A stretch of 64,000 nt of DNA, taken from the NCBI RefSeq assembly GCF_009914755.1, contig NC_060941.1; one strand, given 5' to 3'. The DNA comes from the human T2T-CHM13v2.0 reference genome, Homo sapiens. Below, piece after piece: positions 27,035 to 40,720 of the stretch. Below the pieces are notes generated by a model that saw only the letters and a list, made by a program, of their open reading frames with translations, was not told where the DNA came from and made no database searches. How positions within the stretch are numbered: position 1 is the first letter of the stretch; every line of letters begins with the position of its first letter. Made by a program: the position numbers and the translations under genes.

Positions 27035-27313
27035 GGCCGGGCACGGTGGCTCATGCCTGTAATCCCAGCACTTTGGGAGGCCGAGGCGGGTGGATCACCT
27101 GAGGTCGAGAGTTTGAGACCAGCCTAACCAACATGGAGAAACCTTGTCTCTACTAAAAATACAAAATTAGCCGGGCATGGTGGTGCATGCCTGTAATCCC
27201 AGCAACTTGGGAGGCTGAGGCAGGAGAATCGCTTGAACCTGGGAGGCGGAGGTGAGCTGAGATTGCACCATTGTACTCCGTCTCAAAAAAAAAAAAAAAA
27301 AAAAAAAAGAAAA
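27035..27313 (+). mobile_element. AluSp with two microhomology deletions in the right arm
   Basis: aacatggagaaacc and atacaaaattag (Sp); ggaggcggaggtgagc and gtactcc|gtctc each lack consensus segments; acatgatgg on both flanks. Confidence 0.92.
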
Positions 27314-28189
27314 GAAACACATGATGGGTGTCTGGAGATGCAGCAGCCAAAGGCTGAGACCCTCACCCCTGACTCCACCAAACATTACAGATATTCAAAT
27401 AGACAGGCCAGTGTCCAGAAGAAATTTATGCGGGCTGAGCCACAGTTGCTGGCCTTTGTTTTCTCTGGTTTTGTGCTTGTCCAAGGGTGGGGAGGTGGTT
27501 GAGTACATCTCTCTGAGGGTCTGGGCCAGGGCTCAGCACTTCATCATTTCAGCTGTCCATATTTGGAGGGCATCTGTTTCCTTCCGCCTTCCACAGAGGA
27601 GGAAGATGGGTACACATGTGGCTAGTAACCATTAGCCGTCGACTTCCGGTTTTGTCTTTCTGGCTCTTTATGATTGACAAGTGCTGGCATGTTGGCCTTT
27701 CTGCCCCTTAGCAGCCCTCCATGCAGGAAAGCGGGAGGGAGGGGTGTGTGGCCAGTGCTAGGATGGGGTCTGTATGGAAGAGTAGCTCCAGGAAGTGGAG
27801 CCTCATCAAGGCAGGTAGCCCACGCTTCCCGAGGAGGTGACATTTGGTCGGGCTTTGAAGGCTAAGGTGGGAGTCTGTCAGACTGAAAAGGAAAGGCATG
27901 CCAGGCAGAGGGGCCTGTGCAAAGGCTAAGAGAGCCTGGCTTCTCGGCTCCTGTGTCTGCTTTGCCCCTAGAGCTTGCCCAGAACAGTGACCTAAGTCTG
28001 AGATCCTTCCGACCCACACTGCAGAGGGAATGTCTCCTAAAACTACTGTTTATCTCACCTCAAGCTGGTGTTTTCCCCTTGTCCGTAGAGAAGGAAAGGG
28101 TAGCAAAAAAAGAAGGAAGGTGAGGAGGGAAAGTGAACAGAGAGCGACTGGACTGAGCACCTGCTGGCTTGCTCTGCTGTGTCACTGCC

Positions 28190-28651
28190 ATAACTCTTCC
28201 CTAGCTATGCACCGTGGCCCCTTGCTCTCCTGCGGGCACACTACTGCCTTGGGCCTTTGCACGCACTGGCCGCCTGTCCTGCCTGCAGTGCTCTTCCTGG
28301 AGAGCCACAGGGCCGATTCCTCCTTCTCCTTAGAGTCTTCTCTCAAATTACCTCTCTTGATGAGGCCTGCCAGACCACCTTATTTAAAACTACGAACCTA
28401 GTACCCGTTCCCCTTAGCGAATGTTTCCCCCAGAGCACTCAGTCGCGGTGTAACGCCCTGTACAATTTACTGATTTATGTTGCTGCTTATTGGCTGCCTC
28501 CCTTCCGTGCGTCTCCCCAACTCCTCCCATAGAAGCCACCAAGGGCAGAGTTTTTTTTTATTTTTTGTTTTTTTAATCTCTTATAGTGGTGGATCTCAAG
28601 CACCCGAACATAGTAGGCACTCAATAAATGTTTGTTGAAGTATGAGTGAAT
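28190..28651 (+). mobile_element. L2 3' end
   Basis: gccttgggcctttgcac...catagtaggcactcaataaatgtttgttgaa. Confidence 0.8.
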
Positions 28652-28729
28652 TCAGCCCTGGGCAAAACGTGACCCCATTTCACAGACTAGGAAGTGGAGG
28701 CCCAGGGTCTTGCAGCCCTGTGGGGAGAG

Positions 28730-29280
28730 GGCTGCCCAGCGCCCCGCAGGAGCCTCCCGCCCGGCATACCCACGGGCCAGTGCCGGGACTGGGCGCGGGG
28801 CGGCGCGCGGGCGCAGGTAGCCATGGTGACAGCGCCCCAGACTACTCGTATTTCCTGCCTTTTGTGTTCGCACATGCCCCAGCCCCCAGCCCGGGCAGAC
28901 GCCCCTGATTGGCCGTCACACTGCGGAGGGGCGGGGCGGGGTGAGCGGAAAGGGGCGGGGCTGACCTGTGGGCGGGGCCCCCGGGGCGAGGCTGGTCTTG
29001 TACTGGCGCGCGCTGCCTGTGATTAACAGGCGGGCGCGGCCGCGCGCGGCTGGAAAGGGGCGGGGCTTCCGGAACAGCCGCCCCGGGAGCCTGGGATAGG
29101 GGTGAGTGCTCCTTGATGGCGGCCCCGAACAAAGGACGCCTCCAGACCCGGGCTTCCTGTCCGTAGTTTTTCTTGGCCCTTGGAGTCTGAGAGTGAGAGG
29201 CCTGCTAGGCCAGCGCCCCCTAATCCTCATCCGGCCGTGGGTGGCCAGGCACTGCAGACGTGTCCCCGGGGGCCGACCAC
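28730..29280. promoter_or_regulatory. Orphan CpG island with promoter motifs (X-box, CCAAT, GC boxes, ETS)
   Basis: GTAGCCATGGTGAC 28817-28830, ATTGG 28908-28912, GGGCGGG at ~28929/28934/28953/28970/29058, CTTCCGG ~29066. Confidence 0.8.
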
Positions 29281-30165
29281 CTTACTTGCCACGCTGGCCC
29301 CTCCCTCTCCTCACCACCACAGGGCCTTTGCACGTCATTCCTGGACACTCTTAAAGTCCTTCTTTCCGGCCGATTCCTCACCCCCTCAGGAGGCTCTCCA
29401 CACAGACCGTGACCTGCCCTGCCTGGCACTCCTCTGCCCAGCGTTTATATCTCTTTTTGTGCACTCTCCGCCCTCATCACACGTGTGCCTCAGGGCAGGG
29501 CCCTGTCTGTGGCCTGGCACACAGTAGGTGCTCGGTTTGTGTTGTTGAATGCCTCCATTCATCAGGTTGCCTGAGGCTTCCTTGGTGGGTGGTGCCGGCT
29601 GTACTGGCCCGGGACTTGGGAGGAAGGGAGACAGATGTGCCTTCAGACCCAGACACAGAAGAGTTTGTCTCCAAAGCCAGGGCACTGGGTCAGTGTCTGG
29701 CCTGGACCCCAGGCCCGAGGAGCCTGGTTTGGTGTGTGCCCTTGGTGAATGGCCTACTGTGCTGGCCAGACAGGAGCCCCAGGGGCTGGCCCTGCCTCAG
29801 GAGGAAGGCAGGGTCACAGACACAGGCTGGAGGGGCCTGGAGTGAGGGCTGCTCAGGACCCCTGCCGACCAGACCTGGGAGCCCCAGCATCTGACTCTTC
29901 GTTTGTGTATTACTTGCTGTGCCTTGTCCTGGCTTGACAGGGTTGGAGTGGGGGTTGGAGTGGTAGAGCAGCGAGAAAATCTCCACACCCCTTACCCCCA
30001 TGGCACTCCCACAAAACAAAAGGGAGCTAAACTCATGAAATCGGCTTCACGGTTATACATGGATAGCCTTTTGGGAGTTGGGTGATCTCTGGGGTATATA
30101 CATTGTTTCCTCACCAACACCAAAAGAAAATGCAATTTGAGCCAAGCTAATAACAATGTATTAAA

Positions 30166-30349
30166 TCAGAGCTTCCTGAGCTTTGCTGGGTGCTATAAAC
30201 CACCCCGAAGTTTGTACTAGGAGCAGATTCCTGGGCTCAGGCCACCCTCAAATCACAGATTTTAAGGGGTGGGGCTCAGGAATGCCCTTTTATTCAAACT
30301 GCCTGTGTGTGGTTTTGATACTCAGTCTTAAGTCCATCATTTGAGAAAT
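30166..30349. mobile_element. MER5-like hAT-Charlie MITE
   Basis: gcagattcctgggc...ggggtggggctcaggaat...tttgagaaa. Confidence 0.65.
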
Positions 30350-30459
30350 GGAATGACAGATATCTGTGTCTCAGAACACATTTGAACTCCTCTCCAGGCT
30401 CTAGAAAGTCTACCGTTCTCTGCCCCAGACCCTGGCTCCAGATTCAAGTCTAGACTGGA

Positions 30460-30775
30460 GGAACTGTGGATCCTTTGGGATTTGGAAAAAAGTTCTAGAC
30501 CCTCTTCAGAAAAATGTGCTTGTCCACACACACTTCAACTTTGCATTGGATCTCAAGGTCTCATACCTGGGCTGGGTGGTCTGTAAAGCAGGGGAGACCT
30601 ATTTGGGGAAAGGCCTCCATGCTGACACTCACCTGAACCTAGGGCCAAAGTGTATGGTTGTACAAGTTGTACATTGTACAAGGATCCCTGGAAGAAATCG
30701 AGCCACTGGCCAGCTGTGCAGCCTGGCACCTGGGGTGTCTTCCTGTTTTGTACAAAGGCATTTTATGCCATTCGC
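30460..30775. mobile_element. hAT fossils (MER103-like, then MER91-like)
   Basis: gaccctcttcagaaaaatgtgc...tttgcat and ggttgtacaagttgtacattgtacaagg...tgtacaaaggc, matched from recalled consensus. Confidence 0.45.
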
Positions 30776-30784
30776 CTAACCCAA

Positions 30785-31130
<346 letters not shown>

Positions 31131-32787
31131 TCCCTAACCTGATCTTTAATTCCCCTCCTGCCTCCCATGACAACTCAAGTTAGTGGCACTAGTAAAGTTA
31201 CAGAAATTATGTGCCTTAGCCATGGGAAACCGGCCCTCTGTAAACTGTTATTAAAGCCATAACAAATAATATCCGACAGCCTGTACCTACTAGTGTTCAG
31301 TTCCTGGTACTCCAGAGCCCTAAGCGTTTTTGGGCAGTGGTTGGGGGGCTGCCACCAGGCCTCAACTTGGGTTAGGAAGATAGGGCAAGGGTGCAAGGCC
31401 CGTCTCTGCACAGAGGGTGGGAGAGAGGAGTAACTACATAGTAGGTGCTTGGTAAGCACTTTCCCAGTCTACATTCATTGGGTCCATTTTATAGATCAGG
31501 AAAACTGAGGCTCTGAGAGGGCTGGTAATTTGGATTAGAGAAGGCCCACCTGTCTGGAGCGGCTTTATGAACACAGGCTTTGGAGTGCGACAGCGGGGAG
31601 GTCAGGAGAGGAGAGGAAATAGCCATAGCTGTACCCCCACAACATTCACACCATGCCTCCCCCTGAAGGCTTTGCCTGACGTTTGGACTGTTTAGAGGGC
31701 TCCTCTGAGCTCCCACAGCCTGAGCCTTCCTGTCACGGTGCTGCCACCCTGGTTTAGCAGGCCTGTTTACACACTGTCACCCCAAGAGCCTGGCAGCACC
31801 CCAGTGCTGGACTGTGAGCCCTCCACACAGGGCCCAGCGCATGGTGTGTAATACAGCTCTATGGAATGCTGAGTGGCTGATTAAGTGGGCTCTAGCTTCT
31901 GGCAGCTTTGCTCCCTGGGTGGATGGGGCGGGAGTGATGCAGAAAGGAGAGGTGTAGGCCTAGAGTTAGGAGGGCAGGGAGAGCACTGGGCACTGGAACC
32001 ATTTGGCAGGGTGAGTTGGCATTCCCTGTTTGCCACGACCTTGGGGTCACCCTCACCAACTTGCCCCAGCTGGGCCTGACTGAAGGGCAGGGGGCCTGGA
32101 CATTGGAGCCCAGGGAGGGCAGAGGGTGGTAGACTCAGGAGAGAGCTCTTTGTTTGGGGGCATTTCTCCAGCAGAGACCCTTAGTCCCTCCAAGGAGCAT
32201 GTCCTCCTCCATCAGTCAGTGTCCTAGCCAGCAGGGGTGCGTCCCCCCAGATCCTTCCCTGCTTATCCTATCCTGGGCCCAGCCATGCTTTCTCCCATGG
32301 GGTCATGTCATCCTGACCCTCAGATTTGGCTGGGTCGCCCCAGGGCTCTCTGACAAAGCCCAGCTCCTCCCCTGGCACCCAGCATCCCTCAGACCCGGCC
32401 TACACCCTGTCAAGCCCGCCTTCTCTTCACCCCAAGGCCTGCCGTGCCTCACAGCTTGGGCAGGGCTGTACCCTCTGCACACATCACCCTTCCCTATCCC
32501 CAACCCTCTCCCTTTAGTGATAAATCCAGCTGGCCGCTCTTTGCAGCTCACCAGGGACCAGTGTCCCCAGTGCGGCCCTCGGTGCACCCAGTCCTTACGT
32601 GAGCCCTAGCCACCATGGAAAGCCAGGAGGGCCTGGCCAGCCTCCATGTGGGGTCTGGTTGGTTATTGCAGGGCCTGTTGGGACTGCCTGTGTCCCTGTT
32701 CCCCTGGGACAGGAGTTCTGGAGCCTGCGAAACTTAAGCATCCATCATGGGACCTGGCACGGGGGTGCCTGGCCACAGCAGGAGTGA

Positions 32788-33122
<335 letters not shown>

Positions 33123-36100
33123 TGAAATAGTGTGTTTGCTTTCCACTGTCTTGTTCTTCACCTTTACCTCCCTTACGTATAAAGGTAGATGCAGTCAAGT
33201 AAAGTGTGCTAGCTTCAAATCAGAAAATCTCCATAGAGTCTTCCGCAAATCCTTGAGCGCCTACTACGTGCTAATCTGTCCCAGGTGCTCAGGACACAGT
33301 GTGAACAAAATAGACCAAAAATCCTCTTAGTGAAGCAGACGCTTGAGTCGGGGGCACTGGAGAAAGCAAATCAGTTCGTCGGTAACGAGGCAGGGAAGTG
33401 GACGGGGAGGAAGAGGGGCTTCTGTGAAGGTGTGCTTGGCCAGGCCTCAGGCTTCCCACCTGTTCACTGGGGTGATGTGCTTGCCCGGTGGGAACGGTAT
33501 TCTGTTCATGACTGTTGCCATTGTTATTAACCGCATGCCCATTGCCTTTCAGAGTTTGTGGGCCCTCTCGGGCAGCCCCCAGAGGGTGCTGAATGCCGGG
33601 CCCTGTGTACACTTCACCCTATCTCCGCGGGGTCAGGCTGGCCACCTCCATTTACAGAGGAGCAGATGGAGGCCCAGGGAGGGATAGGGTGGTGTCACAT
33701 GCTTGGAGCGGGGTCCAGGGAGAGCTCTTGGCTCCCTGAGGCAGGGAGACCCTGAGCCCAGACACACCCCAGTTTATAAGTGGGGACAGCTGTGGAGGTG
33801 TTGGGTGCTCAGCCCTGGGCCTGGCTTCTCTGGCCTGAAGACGGCAGCTCATCTGGCTGCAGAGTCAGGAAAGATTTCCTGAGCCTGGACTGAGAGGCCA
33901 AGGTGGGTTTGCGGAGGCAGGAGAGAGCTCCAGATCAGGAGGCAGTGTGGGCCAAGCCGGGGGGCGGCAGGATGTGAGCACAGAGAGGGCAGCAACCCTT
34001 CTACAGACCAGTTCAATTCCAGTAACCCCAGCCTGCCGTAGGGGTGGGGGACAGCCTGGCTGCAGCGGGGCCCACCTGCCAGTGTGTGCCTTGCCTGCGC
34101 TCCACCTTCCCCCTCGGGCACTGCGGCTTTCTTGGGACAGCAGGACCCCAGTTAAACAGCCCTGTTTCCTGCCCAGCCGTGGCTGCCGCCTCTTCTCGGA
34201 GGATTTTTTTTTCCCACAACTCAACAACCACTACCACTTGCAGCTAAGCAGAAGGGAAGTTAGGACTCGCATTTTGCCTCTGTAGCGCCTGTAATCAGCC
34301 CCACACAGCCCCCGCCGCAGGCGCCCATCAGTGCCACTTCCGGAGACTACTTGAGATACACCTGCTCACGCTAAAAGGAGAAGCAGTAATCCATCAAAAC
34401 AACCCCAGGCGCCGGGGCGGGAGAGGCTGAGACTCAGTTTCCCCTCCCATGGAACAGGGCAGTGTTGGGCATCTGAAGTCCCCACGGGTCCTGGCATTCT
34501 GGAAGAACACGACTCAGTAGCTTTCCCCTTCTGGGCCTCGGTTTCCCTGTCTGCCAAAGGTGCAGGGAGATGAGCTCCCAGCTCATGCCTCTGGGCCTCC
34601 TACCTCGCCCCCACCCTCATCTCTCCCTTTCCAGAGACATTATAAATCAAACGGCTTAGAACGTAAGGCATCAGAAATTCTGAAACCTTCATCTATTATT
34701 AACGCTGACAGTAAATTCCCCCTCCGAGCGTTTTACATAGCAACTGTTACCAAGACTCGGTGGTGGAGCTGCTGCTCCAGCGGCCGCATCCCAGCAGCTC
34801 CGGGCAGGATGGCAGGGCCGCCACAAGCCCTACCAACCCGGCCACCACCTGGGCACTCAGCAAACCCTCTCCAGGGGATGGGCGGGGAGGGAGCCTTTGG
34901 CAGAGGAAATGGGTGGCTTACAGCTGAAAGGAGGTCCCAGCTGCTTTTGGTGAGCCCTGAAGACCCCAGCTCCTGCCTAGGTGAAGACAAGGGGCCCTGA
35001 AGCTCCCAGGCCTTCAGAGGCAGCACCTATGGACAGGGACGGGCTCCGGGAGCCTCCCTTCCTTGCTGCCCTGGTTAGAGGAAGCTTGTGAGATGGAGGA
35101 CGGGAAAAGGCTTCGTAAACTGGAAAGGGCTGTGCAGATGTTGTTTACCGACTCACCCACCTGTCAGCTAGACGTTCCTGAGTGCCTGTTTCTCTGCAGG
35201 CAGTATCTGGGCACCAGAGATTTAAAACAAAGACAAAAGGCCCAATCCCTGTCGCATCTGGCTTGGTAGGAGACAGACGCGCCAACCCCTAATTGCAGTT
35301 GTGCAATGATCAACGTATGTACGAGGAGCATACTCAGGGCGGTGAGGATATCGCAGAGGGCCCTTCACGGGGGCTGATGCTGGGCAGGGTTTTGAAGGAT
35401 GAACAGGGGAGGGTCTGTGTGTTCTGGACAGAGGGACTGGTGTATGCAAAGGCCCAGGGGTATGAAGCTGCCCAGCTGACAGGTGGATTACAGGCTGACC
35501 TGTTTTGGTGGGGAGGGGGGCTGGTAGAGGGAGCAGGGGTCAGAGGGTGCAGGACCTTGAATGCAAGCAAGAGAGTTTTTACTTAGAGGTTCTGGTCGCC
35601 ATGGAAGGTTTTCAGCTGAGGAGGAACAAAGATTTGGGTTTGGGGAGTATCACCCTAATTGCGCAGATAAGGATACCAAGGCCTGCGCAGGTGAGAACAC
35701 CTGCCCAGGCAGGAAGCAGGGGAGGCTGGCTGCTCTCTGCAAGCTGTTAAGATGCACCTGCTGTATGTCCATCCCCACATGGGGAAGGGTGGTGTGACCT
35801 CAGACCCTGGGACAGCATGCCTAGAGAAGAAGAAGCGGGCAGGGAGCTTGTGGGCTCTTGCCAGGTCAGAGTGGCCAACTACGAGGAGTTGTCTCACTCT
35901 TTGCATCTCCAGAAATCAGGACACAAGTTGAGACACAGACTTCAGCCCAGCTATGGATGCGTCCGTTGGCAGTCTCTCCACCTAGTGACAAATAATATAT
36001 ATGTTCATTGCAGAACATTCAGCAAATAGAAGTCTCAAGAAAATAATGTTTCCCTGCAGTCTCACCCCACCACCCCCACCCTCTGATGGCCAGGTCACAT

Positions 36101-36855
36101 TTTGGGCCCAGTTGCTCCAGAACCAGGTACAGATACACATTTTTTAAAACAGAAGTTGCATCATGTTCTTTCTGCATACCCTCAGTGACCTGCTTTTCGC
36201 CCTTCATACGCTGGAATAGTTCCCCATGTCTGCACATATTTCGGGGTGAGGTTTGCCAAGAGCCACGCTAGCCAGAGGGGACCCAGCTGACCTAGAATGT
36301 TCGGTGCTTGTCTTCAAGGGCAGAGGCCGTGCCTGGCCTGCCCACTGCTGCACTCAGCACCAAGCATGGAGACAGGCCCCCAGTGGATGCTGAATGCAGA
36401 GCTGTGAAAAGAAGTGGAAGCTGTGTCCGTGAAGCTGAGTACAAGTTGGACAGAGCCCACTAGGATGCTGTAATCTTGATCTGGGGCTAAATTGAGTCTT
36501 GGGGTAAGATTTGTGCTTATTAAGGGCTCTGGATGCTTGGGGTAATAGATGGAAGTTTTTCAGGGAGGGCTTCCTGGAGGAGATGGGCTGTAGAATAAAG
36601 CAGAAGGGAAATAAATGCATAACTGTCCATTCACTCATCTAACAGACATCCCCAGAGGGCTCCCTCCTGGTCAGAGCCCTGTGCTGGACAGGACTAGGCA
36701 CCCAGACAGAGTACTGCCCCCACCTGCTGCCAGCCCTGGGGGAAAGACAGACAAGTGCCCAGGTCACTGTGGCTGTGTGCTCGAGCAGTGCTGTAATGGT
36801 GGAAGGGTAGACAGTGAGGGGCCAACTTTACTGATAGCCCCCACTTTACTGATAT

Positions 36856-37534
36856 CCCCCACCTCCTAGCCAAAGAAGTTGGGGATTGATTTATGGGAGG
36901 GAGCAGTTTGGCATCAAGGTGTGCCTGTAGATGATGGACTTAGAGGGCTCAGGAGGGAAGCCCATACATCCTGCATACTCGGGATGGGCTTGGCATCAGG
37001 GTCAAGGTCACCCAGACTGTACCCAGAAGTTTGGCTCAGCCCAGTGTCCCTGGCCTGGGAACTCCTGGATGCCGAGGGTTTATGGCAGCTCAGTTAGTGG
37101 CCTAGCCCTGGGTCCCCGCCATGGAGAGGGGCCCCTGACGTCCAACGTCCACTCCCAGAGTCCCACACCAAGGAGGCCCCCAGCCCCACCCAGAAGTCAA
37201 AGGGTGTATCTTTCCAGAGTCTAGAAGCTGGAGCTGCTGTGGGGCCTGGGCCTTGGTCTCCTCGGCTGTCAAATGGTGGCACCACCCTGCAGGGAACGTG
37301 TGGAGCTAAAATAAAATGTGTTCCAGGTGCTGGTGCCACAGGGCTTAGGGCCACACTGCAGAAAACCCTTCCTCCTGCTTGGTCCTAGCTGCCCAGGGCC
37401 AGGCCAAGAAAGGCTTCAGGAAGAAGCCCCCACCTCCTAGCCAAAGAAGTTGGGGATTGATTTATGGGAGGGAGAAGTTTGGCATCAAGGCGTGCCTATA
37501 GGTGATGGGCGTAGAGGGCTCAGGAGGGAAGCCC
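36856..37534. repeat. Dispersed direct duplication, 108 bp x2 (36856-36963 and 37427-37534)
   Basis: 102/108 identical by eye, offset 571 bp. Confidence 0.93.
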
Positions 37535-37597
37535 CGCAGATTACCCCCTTGCCAAGAACCTCCTAGAACTGCATACTCAGGGGATAGGCAGCTCATT

Positions 37598-37830
37598 CAC
37601 AGTGAAAGTGTTTTGGAGTCAAACAGACCTGGGTTCAAGCCCCAGCTCATTCACTTCCCAGCTGTGTGACCTTAGGCTAGTTCCTTGTCCTCTCTGTGCT
37701 CAGAGTCCTCATCTTTACAGTGGAAATGATAATGATAGACCAGTATTGTCCTGAGGGTTGAAAGAGGCGACCCATATGTGAGTGCCTCAGCACAGGGACT
37801 GGCACATAGTAAGTGCTTGGCAAATGAAAA
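37598..37830 (+). mobile_element. Near full-length MIR
   Basis: ggagtcaaacagacctgggttcaag...ctgtgtgacctt...ggcacatagtaagtgct. Confidence 0.85.
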
Positions 37831-38689
37831 TGGTTCTTCTAAGGCTTTTTTTTTTTTTTTAACTAGTGCCCAAGGAAGTGGGGGTGGCAGATTCCTCACT
37901 GGTCTCTTAGGTTCCTGGCACACATGCAGCCACCAGATTGAGCCTCTGGAATCGTACCAATCCATTTACCAGCCCACGTCATTAGCTTTTTCTGAGCACC
38001 TACTCTGTGCCAGGCACAGGGGCACCATGGTGGAACTGGAAGCAGCAGGCTCGCTGGGAGGCTGACAGCTGTGGATCCTGACCTGTGGAGTGGCCAGTGC
38101 CCCGGGGGATGGTGGAAGGGGAAGAGGGTATCTAGGGCAGGCATCAGTTGGAAAGTCACAGTGAGATTTGAGAGGAGGTGATCCCTGAACTAGTGACAAG
38201 GCCTACTAGCATTTTGCCAGGCAAACTAGGAGCAGGTGGAAAGGTTGGGAGGCACAAAAGGTTGGGAGACTCCCAGAGGGTGCCAGTAGCTCCTTGTAAG
38301 TCATTGTTGCTGGGCATGAAATTTGGGAGCTGGGGAGGTGGGTGGGAATCCCCTGTGAATGCCAGGCCAAGGAGGCAGGGACAGTGTCTGATTGGTGACT
38401 GGGGCCTGGGCAGCATCTGAGCAGGGAACACAGTTGAGTGGGAGAAAGGTGGTGGTCACTGAGGAGCGAGGGCAGGTGGGGGGATGGAAAGGTCTCAGGA
38501 CAGGGGGCCCAGCAGGGAGGGAGGCATGGGAGGGAGGTCTCAGGGCATCCAAGGGACTTTTGGTTGAACCAGAAGTTCCTGAGTGTGAGCGCGGCCCAGA
38601 AACAGCCACAGGCCTCATCCCTGCACTGGGCTCGAGGCTGGAGTGCCACCAGCAGCTACCCATCCATTGGGCATGCGTGTGTCTGCTGT

Positions 38690-39015
38690 ATGCCCTGACA
38701 AGACAGATGGACTCTGCCCTCACGGAGCTTACCAGTGCAGAGAGAAAAGAGAGTGAATAAATATACGAGGGAGGTGATTTTGGAGAGTGGTAAGAGCTAG
38801 GGACTAGGGGAGTTCCCTTAGGCAGGGCAGTCAGGGAGGGCTTCTCAGATGAGGTGACTGGGCTCATTGGAGAAGACCCAGGAGGATGGCGTCCCAGGCG
38901 GAGGGAACAGCATGTGCAAAGGCCTGGGGGTCAGGGGCATGGCATGTGTGAGGAGCCAGTGGGAGCCAGTGTGGTTGGAGTGTGCATGGGAGCGGGGTGG
39001 GAAATGAAGCTGGGG
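38690..39015 (-). mobile_element. L2 fragment
   Basis: cagggagggcttctcagatgaggtgac...gagggaacagcatgtgcaaaggcctggg. Confidence 0.75.
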
Positions 39016-40364
39016 AGGAGTACCCCTAACCTTAGACAGCTAAGAGGTTCAAATTTAGTTGAGGGAAAGTTCTGACTCTACCCCCAGCAGCAAGGGAGCT
39101 TCCCCACCAAAGCAGGAGATCTGGCTCTCAGCATTCACTTTACTTTCCTGTGTGACCTTGAGCAAGTGGCCCACCCTCTCTGGGCTTCCAGAGTCTGTGG
39201 CAACACAGAGGAAAGTGAGGTGCTTGCTCAGAGACTCGCCAGCTGTGACTGGCCAGGGGTTTGATCCCAGTCATTTCTGCTCTGTGGTGGGGGACTTGTC
39301 GGGAGGGGCAGGTAGAGGTGAGCTCAGTAGAACCAAGAGCCCCCAGGACACAGGGCATCCAGGAGGCCTGTGCTTCCACAGCCTGTTCACTCCTTCATGC
39401 ACCCGCCTCCCCCTCCCCACTGCACTCCTGCCCACACTGCCCACTCCCCAACCCCCTCCTCTCTCTAGGGCTGAAAGCAAGAGGCTCCCATGGGGGCTGG
39501 CCCGATGATTGGCAGAGTCGATAAAGGCCACTTGGAAACCCTCCTGCTCCAGGTGGTTCCCCGCTGGCATTTGTAGCTGGGATTCCGAGGCCAGAGCTGA
39601 ACCCAGAGATCATTTATCACACAGCCTCAAATGGAGGCTTTTCTGGAAAAAAAAAAAAAAAGTTCTTTCTCTGAGATTCCAACTTGCATTGTCTAAAACA
39701 GGTTAATTGGCAACACCGTTTCCCCCAGATCCTTCCCTGCATCCCCCCGCTTTCCTGGGGTGGGAATGGCAGCCCCTGGAAGTAGAGAAGGGGGACAGGT
39801 TTAAGACACGCCGCATTTTCAGAGCTTGCTAGCCATGTGGAGACTGCCAGAGGAATCCTAGAGATCCACCCAGTGACCACGGCTGCTGGGCTGCACTTAG
39901 CTTTGTGATCCAGACCGGGAGCTGCCTGTGAAGTCCCTCCCCAAGGAGCTGGAGGTCAGGAGCCTGTGTGTCTCACTCCCTTCCTTGCTTGTTCCTATGG
40001 GAAATGACAATTGACCACTGATACACGCCCGCCCTCAAGGAGCTGCTGGCAGCAGCAAGAGGGGTGAGCTGTGCTGGGGCAGAGGGGGCACCGAGGGACC
40101 CTGGGAGCCAAAAGACGGGGCCAGCCCACTCTGCCGGAGTGGCCAAGGAGCAAAAGCAGTCTGCCTGGAAGGCAGGCAGGGAGAAGTGTGCTGGGCACAG
40201 GTACGGGGGCCCAGGTCATAAAAGAACCTGGTGCATTTGAAAAGCTGTGAGATCCCAGCATGCCTGGAGTGTAGAATCCACGGGACTCATAGTCAGAATG
40301 TTTCTGTTTCACAAAGCCAGAGAGGTTGGGAGGGTCCAGGCCACAAAAAGCCTAGAATGCCTGG

Positions 40365-40720
40365 TTGTACTCCTCAAGATAGGCTGGGCGTGCTGCATAA
40401 CAAATATCCCCAAATATCAGCCCCTTCAAACAGGGTTTGACCCTCACTCATGCCAGGTCTCTGACCAGACAGCTGGGAAACTGCTCACTGATGTCACTCA
40501 GGACCTGGGCAGACAGAACAACAGCCATTAGGGCTATTTTCGTGGCACAGAGGGAGAGAGACAGGTGTACAGATGCATGGAGCTTCCTAAAGCAGCATGT
40601 GGCACTTCCACTTGAATTTCACTGCAAAGTGGGCCACATGGCCATCCTCCGGACATCTTTATGGGCTAGTGACACGCTTGCTGCCTTTGGCTGAGGAGGA
40701 CAGGAAATATTTGGTGGTGG
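40365..40720. mobile_element. LTR33-like LTR fragment
   Basis: gataggctgggcgtgctgcataacaaatatccccaaatatcag...ccacatggcca. Confidence 0.5.
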
